Shown here piece by piece: positions 15,001-26,300 of a stretch of 64,000 nucleotides of DNA (positions within the stretch are counted from its first letter, which is position 1; every line of letters begins with the position of its first letter). The stretch is from Eledone cirrhosa (Eukaryota), in assembly GCA_964016885.1 (NCBI GenBank), contig OZ024764.1:20770001-20834000 (forward strand). Reading direction: 5' to 3'. Under the pieces are notes generated by a model. The model ran no database searches and was not told the DNA's origin. It saw only the letters and a list, made by a program, of their open reading frames with translations. A program made the position numbers and the translations under genes.

Positions 15001-18000
15001 ATATAATCTAATCTCACTAATAACTACTTTTATTAGTCAGTTTAATATAATGTCACTAATAACTACTTTTATCAGTCAGTTTAATCTAATCTCACTAATA
15101 ACTACTTTTATCAGTCAGTATAATCTAATCTCACTAATAACTACTTTTATCAGTGAGTATAATCTAATGTCACTAATAACTACTTTTATCAGTCAGTTTA
15201 ATCTAATCTCACTAATAACTACTTTTATTAGTCAGTTTAATATAATGTCACTAATAACTACTTTTATCAGTCAGTATAATCTAATCTCACTAATAACTAC
15301 TTTTATCAGTCAGTATAATCTAATGTCACTAATAACTACTTTTATCAGTCAGTTTAATCTAATGTCACTAATAACTACTTTTATCAGTCAGTATAATCTA
15401 ATGTCACTAATAACTACTTTTATCAGTCAGTATAATCTAATGTCACTAATAACTACTTTTATCAGTCAGTATAATCTAATGTCACTAATAACTACTTTTA
15501 TCAGTCAGTATAATCTAATGTCACTAATAACTACTTTTATTAGTCAGTTTAATATAATGTCACTAATAACTACTTTTATCAGTCAGTATAATCTAATGTC
15601 ACTAATAACTACTTTTATCAGTCAGTATAATCTAATGTCACTAATAACTACTTTTATCAGTCAGTATAATCTAATGTCACTAATAACTACTTTTATCAGT
15701 CAGTATAATCTAATGTCACTAATAACTACTTTTATCAGTCAGTATAATCTAATGTCACTAATAACTACTTTTATCAGTCAGTATAATCTAACGTCACTAA
15801 TAACTACTTTTATCAGTCAGTATAATCTAATGTCACTAATAACTACTTTTATCAGTCAGTATAATCTAATGTCACTAATAACTACTTTTATCAGTCAGTT
15901 TAATCTAATCTCACTAATAACTACTTTTATCAGTCAGTTTAATCTAATCTCACTAATAACTACTTTTATCAGTCAGTTCAATCTAATGTCACTAATAACT
16001 ACTTTTATCAGTCAGTATAATCTAATTTCACTAATAACTACTTTTATCAGTCAGTATAATCTAATGTCACTAATAACTACTTTTATCAGTCAGTATAATC
16101 TAATGTCACTAATAACTACTTTTATCAGTAAGTATAATCTAATCTCACTAATAACTACTTTTATCAGTCAGTTCAATCTAATGTCACTAATAACTACTTT
16201 TATCAGTCAGTATAATCTAATTTCACTAATAACTACTTTTATCAGTCAGTATAATCTAATGTCACTAATAACTACTTTTATCAGTCAGTATAATCTAATG
16301 TCACTAATAACTACTTTTATCAGTCAGTATAATCTAATGTCACTAATAACTACTTTTATCAGTCAGTTTAATCTAATCTCACTAATAAATACTTTTATCA
16401 GTCAGTATAATCTAATCTCACTAATAACTACTTTTATCAGTCAGTGTAATCTAATGTCACTAATAACTACTTTTATCAGTCAGTTTAATCTAATCTCACT
16501 AATAACTTCTTTTATCAGTCAGTTTAATCTAATGTAACTAATAACTACTTTTATCAGTCAGTATAATCTAATCTCACTAATAACTACTTTTATCAGTCAG
16601 TTTAATCTAATCTCACTAATAACTACTTTTATCTGTCAGTTTAATCTAATGTCACTAATAACTACTTTTATCAGTCAGTATAATCTAATCTCACTAATAA
16701 CTACTTTTATCAGTCAGTATAATCTAAAGTCACTAATAACTACTTTTATCAGTCAGTATAATCTAATGTCACTAATAACTACTTTTATCAGTCAGTTTAA
16801 TCTAAAGTCACTAATAACTACTTTTATCAGTCAATATAATCTAATGTCACTAATAACTACTTTTATCAGTCAGTATAATCTAATGTCACTAATAACTACT
16901 TTTATCTGTCAGTATAATCTAAAGTCACTAATAACTACTTTTATCAGTCAATATAATCTAATGTCACTAATAACTACTTTTATCAGTCAGTATAATCTAA
17001 TGTCACTAATAACTACTTTTATCAGTCAATATAATCTAATGTCACTAATAACTACTTTTATCAGTCAGTTTAATCTAATGTCACTAATAACTACTTTTAT
17101 CAGTCAATATAATCTAATGTCACTAATAACTACTTTTATCAGTCAGTTTAATCTAAAGTCACTAATAACTACTTTTATCAGTCAGTATAATCTAATGTCA
17201 CTAATAACTACTTTTATCAGTCAGTATAATCTAATGTCACTAATAACTACTTTTATCAGTCAGTATAATCTAATGTCACTAATAACTACTTTTATCAGTC
17301 AGTATAATCTAATATCACTAATAACTACTTTTATCAGTCAGTATAATCTAATGTCACTAATAACTACTTTTATCAGTCAGTATAATCTAATGTCACTAAT
17401 AACTACTTTTATCAGTCAGTATAATCTAATGTCACTAATAACTACTTTTATCAGTCAGTATAATCTAATGTCACTAATAACTACTTTTATCAGTCAGTAT
17501 AATCTAATGTCACTAATAACTACTTTTATCAGTCAGTATAATCTAACGTCACTAATAACTACTTTTATCAGTCAGTATAATCTAATCTCACTAATAACTA
17601 CTTTTATCAGTCAGTTCAATCTAATGTCACTAATAACTACTTTTATCAGTCAGTATAATCTAATTTCACTAATAACTACTTTTATCAGTCAGTATAATCT
17701 AATGTCACTAATAACTACTTTTATCAGTCAGTATAATCTAATGTCACTAATAACTACTTTTATCAGTCAGTATAATCTAATGTCACTAATAACTACTTTT
17801 ATCAGTCAGTTTAATCTAATCTCACTAATAACTACTTTTATCAGTCAGTATAATCTAATCTCACTAATAACTACTTTTATCAGTCAGTATAATCTAATGT
17901 CACTAATAACTACTTTTATCAGTCAGTTTAATCTAATCTCACTAATAACTACTTTTATCAGTCAGTTTAATCTAATGTAACTAATAACTACTTTTATCAG

Positions 18001-18188
18001 TCAGTATAATCTAATCTCACTAATAACTACTTTTATCAGTCAGTTTAATCTAATCTCACTAATAACTACTTTTATCAGTCAGTTTAATCTAATCTCACTA
18101 ATAACTACTTTTATCAGTCAGTATAATCTAATCTCACTAATAACTACTTTTATCAGTCAGTATAATCTAATGTCACTAATAACTACTT
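1..18188. repeat. 39-bp tandem satellite, left arm (consensus TCACTAATAACTACTTTTATCAGTCAGTATAATCTAATG); continues beyond window start
   Basis: Uninterrupted 39-bp periodicity with a few recurrent variant positions and one 36-bp unit (~4370); ~466 units. Confidence 0.99.
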
Positions 18189-19662
18189 CTCTGCTAAAAT
18201 GTACCACTAGAGCTGATTCAAATTTTCCCAGCCAGCCATCCACCTAATCTACGAAGGTATTTTAGCCTACATATTGTCGTTAATATTATGATGTTCCCTG
18301 CTGCATTAGCGTTAAATTTTCCCTGCTGTATTAGCGATAAATTTTCGAGGGTTTCTCTTAGTAGCTTTTTCATGTCGTTAATATTATGATGTTCCCTGCT
18401 GTATTAGCGTTAAATTTTCCCTGCTGTATTAGCGATAAATTTTCGAGGGTTTCTCTTAGTAGCTTTTTCATGTCGTTAATATTATGATGTTCCCTGCTGT
18501 ATTAGCGTTAAATTTTCCCTGCTGTATTAGCGATAAATTTTCGAGGGTTTCTCTTAGTAGCTTTTTTCATGACGTTATTATTGTTAATTTTACTGATGTA
18601 GTATTAACTTATTAACTTGGATATTTACCATGCGGTATTCTAATCCTATTGTATCTCTCTCAGTTATTTACCATGCGACCCTCAGTTCCTACCCCCCCCC
18701 CCCCTCTATGCACTTCTTTAAGGCTTACTACCCTGTCTTTAACCTAATTCATTCAATCTGAAAATATTGAAGAGATAAGACACTTTGCCATTCTTCTCTG
18801 CTAAAATGTACCACTAGAGCTGATTCAAATTTTCCCAGCCAGCCATCCACCTAATCTACGAAGGTATTTTAGCCTACATATTGTCGTTAATATTATGATG
18901 TTCCCTGCTGTATTAGCGTTAAATTTTCCCTGCTGTATTAGCGATAAATTTTCGAGGGTTTCTCTTAGTAGCTTTTTCATGTCGTTAATATTATGATGTT
19001 CCCTGCTGTATTAGCGTTAAATTTTCCCTGCTGTATTAGCGATAAATTTTCGAGGGTTTCTCTTAGTAGCTTTTTTCATGACGTTATTATTGTTAATTTT
19101 ACTGATGTAGTATTAACTTATTAACTTGGATATTTACCATGCGGTATTCTAATCCTATTGTATCTCTCTCAGTTATTTACCATGCGACCCTCAGTTCCTA
19201 CCCCCCCCCCCCCCCTCTATGCACTTCTTTAAGGCTTACTACCCTGTCTTTAACCTAATTCATTCAATCTGAAAATATTGAAGAGATAAGACACTTTGCC
19301 ATTCTTCTCTGCTAAAATGTACCACTAGAGCTGATTCAAATTTTCCCAGCCAGCCATCCACCTAATCTACGAAGGTATTTTAGCCTACATATTGTCGTTA
19401 ATATTATGATGTTCCCTGCTGTATTAGCGTTAAATTTTCCCTGCTGTATTAGCGATAAATTTTCGAGGGTTTCTCTTAGTAGCTTTTTCATGTCGTTAAT
19501 ATTATGATGTTCCCTGCTGTATTAGCGTTAAATTTTCCCTGCTGTATTAGCGATAAATTTTCGAGGGTTTCTCTTAGTAGCTTTTTTCATGACGTTATTA
19601 TTGTTAATTTTACTGATGTAGTATTAACTTGGATATTTACCATGCGACCCTCAGTTCCTACC
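18189..19662 (+). repeat. Tandem monomers in the LINE 5' region (607 bp, 511 bp and a partial third), each containing 98-bp subrepeats
   Basis: CTCTGCTAAAATGTACC starts at 18189, 18796 and 19307. TGTCGTTAATATTATGATG recurs at 18275, 18373 and 18471 (98-bp spacing). Confidence 0.92.
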
Positions 19663-19905
19663 TCACAATTTCCCTCCCCCCCACCCCCACACACCACCAT
19701 AGCCTATTCGACCAATCAAACCTAGCATGCCATTTCCACTGCTGCTGCTGCTACTACCTGCCTAACTAACTCTCTCCTCCTCTGGCGCATCCCAACACAC
19801 CCTGCCATTACCCCACCACCACTGTCCTTCTAGCCCTCAATTTTCCCACCGTTAGGGATGGATGAGCTGGGAATACACGAGCAACTCTGAATCAATAGAT
19901 GAAAT

Positions 19906-22900
19906 ATGAATCTGCGAGCTACCAAGCACCCACGTGAAGCGCCAACCCAGAGACCCTCCCCTACGAGTGTCGACAAATGCCCAAAACTCCGAGTTGGTAC
20001 CATCAATGTAGGCTCAATGAAAGGAAGAGCAGGAGAAATCGTAGAAATGCTAGAGCGAAAGGAAGTTGATGTATGCTGTGTGCAAGAGACTAGATGGAGA
20101 GGAGGGTCTGCTAGAGTCCTTGTAGGAAAAAGCCAGTGCTACAAATTTTTCTGGGTGGGAAATGACGATGGGATGGGTGGTGTAGGTATACTATTAGCTG
20201 ACAAGTGGGTAGATAAAGTAATCTCAGTGTACAGGGTAAATGCAAGAATCATTAAACTCAGACTAGTCCTGAATAAGACAATTACCACAATAATATCAGC
20301 TTACGCACCCCAATCGGGGCTGCCAGACGAACTTAAGGATAGGTTTTACGAGTCCCTAATACACACTACTGCTCTAACAGACGACAAGGACTTCCTAATC
20401 ATTGCAGGAGATTTTAACGGACACGTAGGTAAACACTGCGACGGCTTCAATAGAGTACATGGAGGCCATGGAGTTGGCACAAGGAATGAGGAAGGATTCA
20501 GACTTCTAGAATTCTGCGACGCCAATGACATGTCGATATGTAACACAAACTTTAAAAAACCCGACAACCACCTGATCACCTATAGATCAGGGGAGCACTC
20601 TAGTCAGTTAGATTTTATCCTCATCAGAGGACGTGACAGATGGACGGTCGTAAACACAAAAGCCTTCCCTAGTGAGGAATGTACATCCCAACATAGCTTA
20701 GTTGTCAGCGACCTCACGGTCAGAACTAGACGAGCCCTGAAACAGAGGCCAACCTGGAGAAGAAAGATCTGGAAGCTGAAAGTCCCCTCAACCAGTAACA
20801 GATTTAAAGATATTTTACTCAACGCCTACGACAGTAAAGAAGAACAGATAGAGACATTTAACGTAGAAGAGAACTGGGAGTTCCTAAAAAATAACTTACT
20901 AGAGGCGACGGATGAGGTTTGTGGCTGGAGTAAGACCTCAAGCAGGAGGAGAGTGACTTGGTGGTGGAACAATAAGGTAGATGAAGCAGTCAAGGCCAAG
21001 AGACAGGCATGGAAAGAATGGAAGAACGGGGGGAGCAGGGTACATTACATAGAGACCAAGAGGGAAGCTAGGCGACAAGTATACTTAGCTAGGAGGGAAG
21101 CAGAGGATAGAAAATTCAAGCATGTTTTACAACGTGAGGACCAGAAACAGGAGGTATTCAAGATTGCGAGGCAGTGTGTCAGAGATAGTTGTGATGTCAT
21201 TGGAGAGAAGTGTATCCGGAATGATAAAGGTGAGCTTGCCCTCACAAGTGCTGAGAAGAAAGATGCATGGAAGAGTCATTATGATAGATTACTAAATGAG
21301 GAGAATGCATGGGAAGAAGAGACCCTACCCCACGTAGACCCTATAGAGGGACCAGCAGTACAAGTCAGCGGCAGCGTAGTAAGTAAGGCAATCAGAGATA
21401 TGAAGATAGGGAAGGCAACCGGTCCATCGGGTATAGCTGCCGAGATGCTGAAGGCATCTGGGTCTGTAGGTCACACTATAACCACACGTATCGTTAACCA
21501 GGTAATACTAGAGGGGGCCATACCAAAAGATTGGTGCAGTAGCATCATTGTCAACTGCTACAAAGGTAAAGGCGATGCACTAGATAGAGGAAACTATAGA
21601 GGTATAAAGTTGATGGACCAGGTCATGAAAGTAACAGAAAGAGTTATAGCACAGCTGATTAGGGACCGGGTGAATATAGACGAGATGCAATTTGGGTTTG
21701 TTCCAGGGAAAGGCACCACTGATGCGCTCTTCCTTGTGAGGCAATTACAGGAAAAGTACCTAGCTAAAAGTAAGCCACTCTACTTGGCATTTGTCGACCT
21801 TGAGAAAGCCTTTGACAGAGTTCCACGTGCAGTAATCTGGTGGGCTCTTAGAAAACTAGGAGTAGATGAATGGCTTGTGAAAGCGGTACAAGCCATGTAT
21901 AGGGGAGCAGTCAGCAAAGTTAGGATTGGCAATGAGTATAGCGAGGAATTTAGCGTACAGGTTGGGGTCCACCAGGGCTCTGTTCTTAGCCCTCTCCTGT
22001 TCATCATAGTCCTGCAGGCAATAACGGAGGAGTTTAAGACCGGATGCCCATGGGAACTCCTGTATGCTGATGACCTCGCACTCATAGCTGAATCTATGGT
22101 AGAACTAGAGAATAAATTCCAAACCTGGAAGCAGGGACTAGAGAGAAAGGGCCTCAAAGTCAACATGACAAAGACTAAGGTCCTTATAAGTAGACGAGAA
22201 AACAGAACCCAGATCCCCTCAGGGAAATGGCCTTGCTCAGTATGTAGGAAAGGTGTAGGTAGGAACTCCATTCTTTGCCCCAAATGCAAACAATGGGTAC
22301 ACAAGAGATGTAGCGGGATCTCAGGAAGCTTAATTAAGAATGTAGGATTCACATGCAGCAGCTGTGCTGAAACAGCAAGCAAACAGCCACAGGAAACAAG
22401 TACCACCAATCTCTGGGAGGGCCCTGTAGAAACAGTAGACAGCTTCTGCTACCTAGGTGACCGAATTAGCAATGGAGGTGGGTGCTCAGAAAGTACAATA
22501 ACTAGGGTAAGAACGGGATGGAAGAAGTTTAGGGAACTACTACCACTGCTAGCTGCAAAAGGCTTCTCCCTCAGAATGAAAGGCAGACTGTATGATGCGT
22601 GTATCCGAACAGCGATGTTGCATGGTAGTGAGACCTGGGCGCTGAAGGTGGAAGACTTACGTAGATTAGAGAGAAACGAAGCCTGCATGCTCCGATGGAT
22701 GTGTAACAGTAATATACGTGAACGACAAAGCATAAATGAATTGAGAGAGAGACTGAGCATAAGAGGAATCAAATGCTGCGTGCAGGAGAGGCGGTTACGC
22801 TGGTATGGACATGTGATGCGTATGAAGGATGACAGCTGCATAAAAAGGTGCAGAGCACTAGAAGTTGATGGAAACCGCGGAGTGGGGAGACCCAAGATGA

Positions 22901-23025
22901 CTTGGGATGAGGTGATAAAAGCCGACCTTACCCAACTACACCTCTCAAAGTCAATGACACACGACCGTGACTTCTGGCGTCACGCAGTAATACAGTGTAC
23001 CCGACCTCCCATGGGTACATGCTGA
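19906..23025 (+). CDS. RTE LINE ORF: apurinic endonuclease + reverse transcriptase + PHD-like C4HC3 finger
   Basis: APE motifs GTINVGS, CVQETR, SAYAP, AGDFNGH, QLDFIL. RT motifs [53 protein letters not shown] at 22234-22365. RTE-type C-terminus RLRWYGHV..R..GRP..TW. No stops or frameshifts. Confidence 0.96.
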   Translation: MNLRATKHPREAPTQRPSPTSVDKCPKLRVGTINVGSMKGRAGEIVEMLERKEVDVCCVQETRWRGGSARVLVGKSQCYKFFWVGNDDGMGGVGILLADKWVDKVISVYRVNARIIKLRLVLNKTITTIISAYAPQSGLPDELKDRFYESLIHTTALTDDKDFLIIAGDFNGHVGKHCDGFNRVHGGHGVGTRNEEGFRLLEFCDANDMSICNTNFKKPDNHLITYRSGEHSSQLDFILIRGRDRWTVVNTKAFPSEECTSQHSLVVSDLTVRTRRALKQRPTWRRKIWKLKVPSTSNRFKDILLNAYDSKEEQIETFNVEENWEFLKNNLLEATDEVCGWSKTSSRRRVTWWWNNKVDEAVKAKRQAWKEWKNGGSRVHYIETKREARRQVYLARREAEDRKFKHVLQREDQKQEVFKIARQCVRDSCDVIGEKCIRNDKGELALTSAEKKDAWKSHYDRLLNEENAWEEETLPHVDPIEGPAVQVSGSVVSKAIRDMKIGKATGPSGIAAEMLKASGSVGHTITTRIVNQVILEGAIPKDWCSSIIVNCYKGKGDALDRGNYRGIKLMDQVMKVTERVIAQLIRDRVNIDEMQFGFVPGKGTTDALFLVRQLQEKYLAKSKPLYLAFVDLEKAFDRVPRAVIWWALRKLGVDEWLVKAVQAMYRGAVSKVRIGNEYSEEFSVQVGVHQGSVLSPLLFIIVLQAITEEFKTGCPWELLYADDLALIAESMVELENKFQTWKQGLERKGLKVNMTKTKVLISRRENRTQIPSGKWPCSVCRKGVGRNSILCPKCKQWVHKRCSGISGSLIKNVGFTCSSCAETASKQPQETSTTNLWEGPVETVDSFCYLGDRISNGGGCSESTITRVRTGWKKFRELLPLLAAKGFSLRMKGRLYDACIRTAMLHGSETWALKVEDLRRLERNEACMLRWMCNSNIRERQSINELRERLSIRGIKCCVQERRLRWYGHVMRMKDDSCIKRCRALEVDGNRGVGRPKMTWDEVIKADLTQLHLSKSMTHDRDFWRHAVIQCTRPPMGTC

Positions 23026-23332
23026 AGCATATAAACAATATGCCCCCCCCCCCCCCCCCCACCGCAAGGTGGTCGTGGAGGTGCCACGGCAAAAAAGCAC
23101 CCAGCCCACACTGTAAAGTGGACGTGTAGGCGCCACGAAAAAGCACCCAGCACTCACTGTAAATGAGGTTGGTGTTAGGAAGGGCATCCAGCTGTAGAAA
23201 TCAAGCCAGATCAGTTCCTGTATGAGCAAGGCATGGTCAGCCGACCAGACACTGCCCACAACAGGACAACCCGTCTAACCCATGCTAGCGTGGAAGAACG
23301 GACGTAAAACGGTGATGATGATGATGATGATG

Positions 23333-26300
23333 ATCAGTCAGTTTAATCTAATCTCACTAATAACTACTTTTATCAGTCAGTTTAATCTAATCTCACTAAT
23401 AACTACTTTTATCAGTCAGTTCAATCTAATGTCACTAATAACTACTTTTATCAGTCAGTATAATCTAATTTCACTAATAACTACTTTTATCAGTCAGTAT
23501 AATCTAATGTCACTAATAACTACTTTTATCAGTCAGTATAATCTAATGTCACTAATAACTACTTTTATCAGTAAGTATAATCTAATCTCACTAATAACTA
23601 CTTTTATCAGTCAGTTCAATCTAATGTCACTAATAACTACTTTTATCAGTCAGTATAATCTAATTTCACTAATAACTACTTTTATCAGTCAGTATAATCT
23701 AATGTCACTAATAACTACTTTTATCAGTCAGTATAATCTAATGTCACTAATAACTACTTTTATCAGTCAGTATAATCTAATGTCACTAATAACTACTTTT
23801 ATCAGTCAGTTTAATCTAATCTCACTAATAACTACTTTTATCAGTCAGTATAATCTAATCTCACTAATAACTACTTTTATCAGTCAGTATAATCTAATGT
23901 CACTAATAACTACTTTTATCAGTCAGTTTAATCTAATCTCACTAATAACTTCTTTTATCAGTCAGTTTAATCTAATGTAACTAATAACTACTTTTATCAG
24001 TCAGTATAATCTAATCTCACTAATAACTACTTTTATCAGTCAGTTTAATCTAATCTCACTAATAACTACTTTTATCTGTCAGTTTAATCTAATATAACTA
24101 ATAACTACTTTTATCAGTCAGTTTAATCTAATCTCACTAATTACTTTTATCAGTCAGTTTAATCTAATCTCACTAATAACTACTTTTATCAGTCAGTATA
24201 ATCTAATGTCACTAATAACTACTTTTATCAGTCAGTATAATCTAATCTCACTAATAACTACTTTTATCAGTCAGTATAATCTAAAGTCACTAATAACTAC
24301 TTTTATCAGTCAGTATAATCTAATGTCACTAATAACTACTTTTATCAGTCAGTTTAATCTAAAGTCACTAATAACTACTTTTATCAGTCAATATAATCTA
24401 ATGTCACTAATAACTACTTTTATCAGTCAGTATAATCTAATGTCACTAATAACTACTTTTATCTGTCAGTATAATCTAAAGTCACTAATAACTACTTTTA
24501 TCAGTCAATATAATCTAATGTCACTAATAACTACTTTTATCAGTCAGTATAATCTAATGTCACTAATAACTACTTTTATCAGTCAATATAATCTAATGTC
24601 ACTAATAACTACTTTTATCAGTCAGTTTAATCTAATGTCACTAATAACTACTTTTATCAGTCAATATAATCTAATGTCACTAATAACTACTTTTATCAGT
24701 CAGTATAATCTAATGTCACTAATAACTACTTTTATCTGTCAGTATAATCTAAAGTCACTAATAACTACTTTTATCAGTCAATATAATCTAATGTCACTAA
24801 TAACTACTTTTATCAGTCAGTTTAATCTAATGTCACTAATAACTACTTTTATCAGTCAGTATAATCTAATGTCACTAATAACTACTTTTATCAGTCAGTT
24901 TAATCTAATGCCACTAATAACTACTTTTATCAGTCAGTATAATCTAATGTCACTAATAACTACTTTTATCTGTCAGTATAATCTAAAGTCACTAATAACT
25001 ACTTTTATCAGTCAGTATAATCTAATGTCACTACTAACTACTTTTATCAGTCAGTATAATCTAATGTCACTAATAACTACTTTTATCAGTCAGTTTAATC
25101 TAATGCCACTAATAACTACTTTTATCAGTCAGTATAATCTAATGTCACTAATAACTACTTTTATCTGTCAGTATAATCTAAAGTCACTAATAACTACTTT
25201 TATCAGTCAGTATAATCTAATGTCACTAATAACTACTTTTATCAGTCAGTTTAATCTAATGCCACTAATAACTACTTTTATCAGTCAGTTTAATCTAATC
25301 TCACTAATAACTACTTTTATCAGTCAGTTTAATCTAATGTCACTAATAACTACTTTTATCAGTCAGTTTAATCTAATGTCACTAATAACTACTTTTATCA
25401 GTCAGTTTAATCTAATCTCACTAATAACTACTTTTATCAGTCAGTTTAATCTAATGTCACTAATAACTACTTTTATCAGTCAGTTTAATCTAATCTCACT
25501 AATAACTACTTTTATCAGTCAGTTTAATCTAATGTCACTAATAACTACTTTTATCAGTCAGTTTAATCTAATCTCACTAATAACTACTTTTATCAGTCAG
25601 TTTAATCTAATGTCACTAATAACTACTTTTATCAGTCAGTTTAATCTAATCTCACTAATAACTACTTTTATTAGTCAGTTTAATATAATGTCACTAATAA
25701 CTACTTTTATCAGTCAGTTTAATCTAATCTCACTAATAACTACTTTTATTAGTCAGTTTAATATAATGTCACTAATAACTACTTTTATCAGTCAGTATAA
25801 TCTAATCTCACTAATAACTACTTTTATCAGTGAGTATAATCTAATGTCACTAATAACTACTTTTATCAGTCAGTTTAATCTAATCTCACTAATAAGTACT
25901 TTTATTAGTCAGTTTAATATAATGTCACTAATAACTACTTTTATCAGTCAGTATAATCTAATCTCACTAATAACTACTTTTATCAGTCAGTATAATCTAA
26001 TGTCACTAATAACTACTTTTATCAGTCAGTTTAATCTAATGTCACTAATAGCTACTTTTATTAGTCAGTTTAATATAATGTCACTAATAACTACTTTTAT
26101 CAGTCAGTTTAATCTAATCTCACTAATAACTACTTTTATTAGTCAGTTTAATATAATGTCACTAATAACTACTTTTATCAGTCAGTTTAATCTAATCTCA
26201 CTAATAACTACTTTTATTAGTCAGTTTAATATAATGTCACTAATAACTACTTTTATCAGTCAGTATAATCTAATGTCACTAATAACTACTTTTATCAGTC

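Larger units (their letters stand above)
18189..23332 (+). mobile_element. Full-length RTE-clade LINE inserted into the satellite
   Basis: Satellite breaks at AACTACTT| and resumes at |ATCAGTCAG. Between them are a 1.7-kb 5' region, a single 1039-aa APE+RT ORF, a ~290-bp 3'UTR and a (TGA/GAT)n tail at 23313-23334. Confidence 0.95.

Noticed and set aside
19700-19905. Self-cleaving (HDV-like) ribozyme at the RTE 5' end
   Set aside because: Known for some RTEs, but I could not identify the nested pseudoknot by eye; an Infernal or descriptor search would be needed.
20346-23259. Minus-strand and alternate-frame ORFs overlapping the LINE; likewise + strand ORFs over the Gypsy and RTE fragments
   Set aside because: Shadow ORFs of transposon coding sequence.
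23282-23980. ORF MLAWKNGRKTVMMMMMM fused to the satellite
   Set aside because: Read-through of the (GAT)n LINE tail into the satellite frame.
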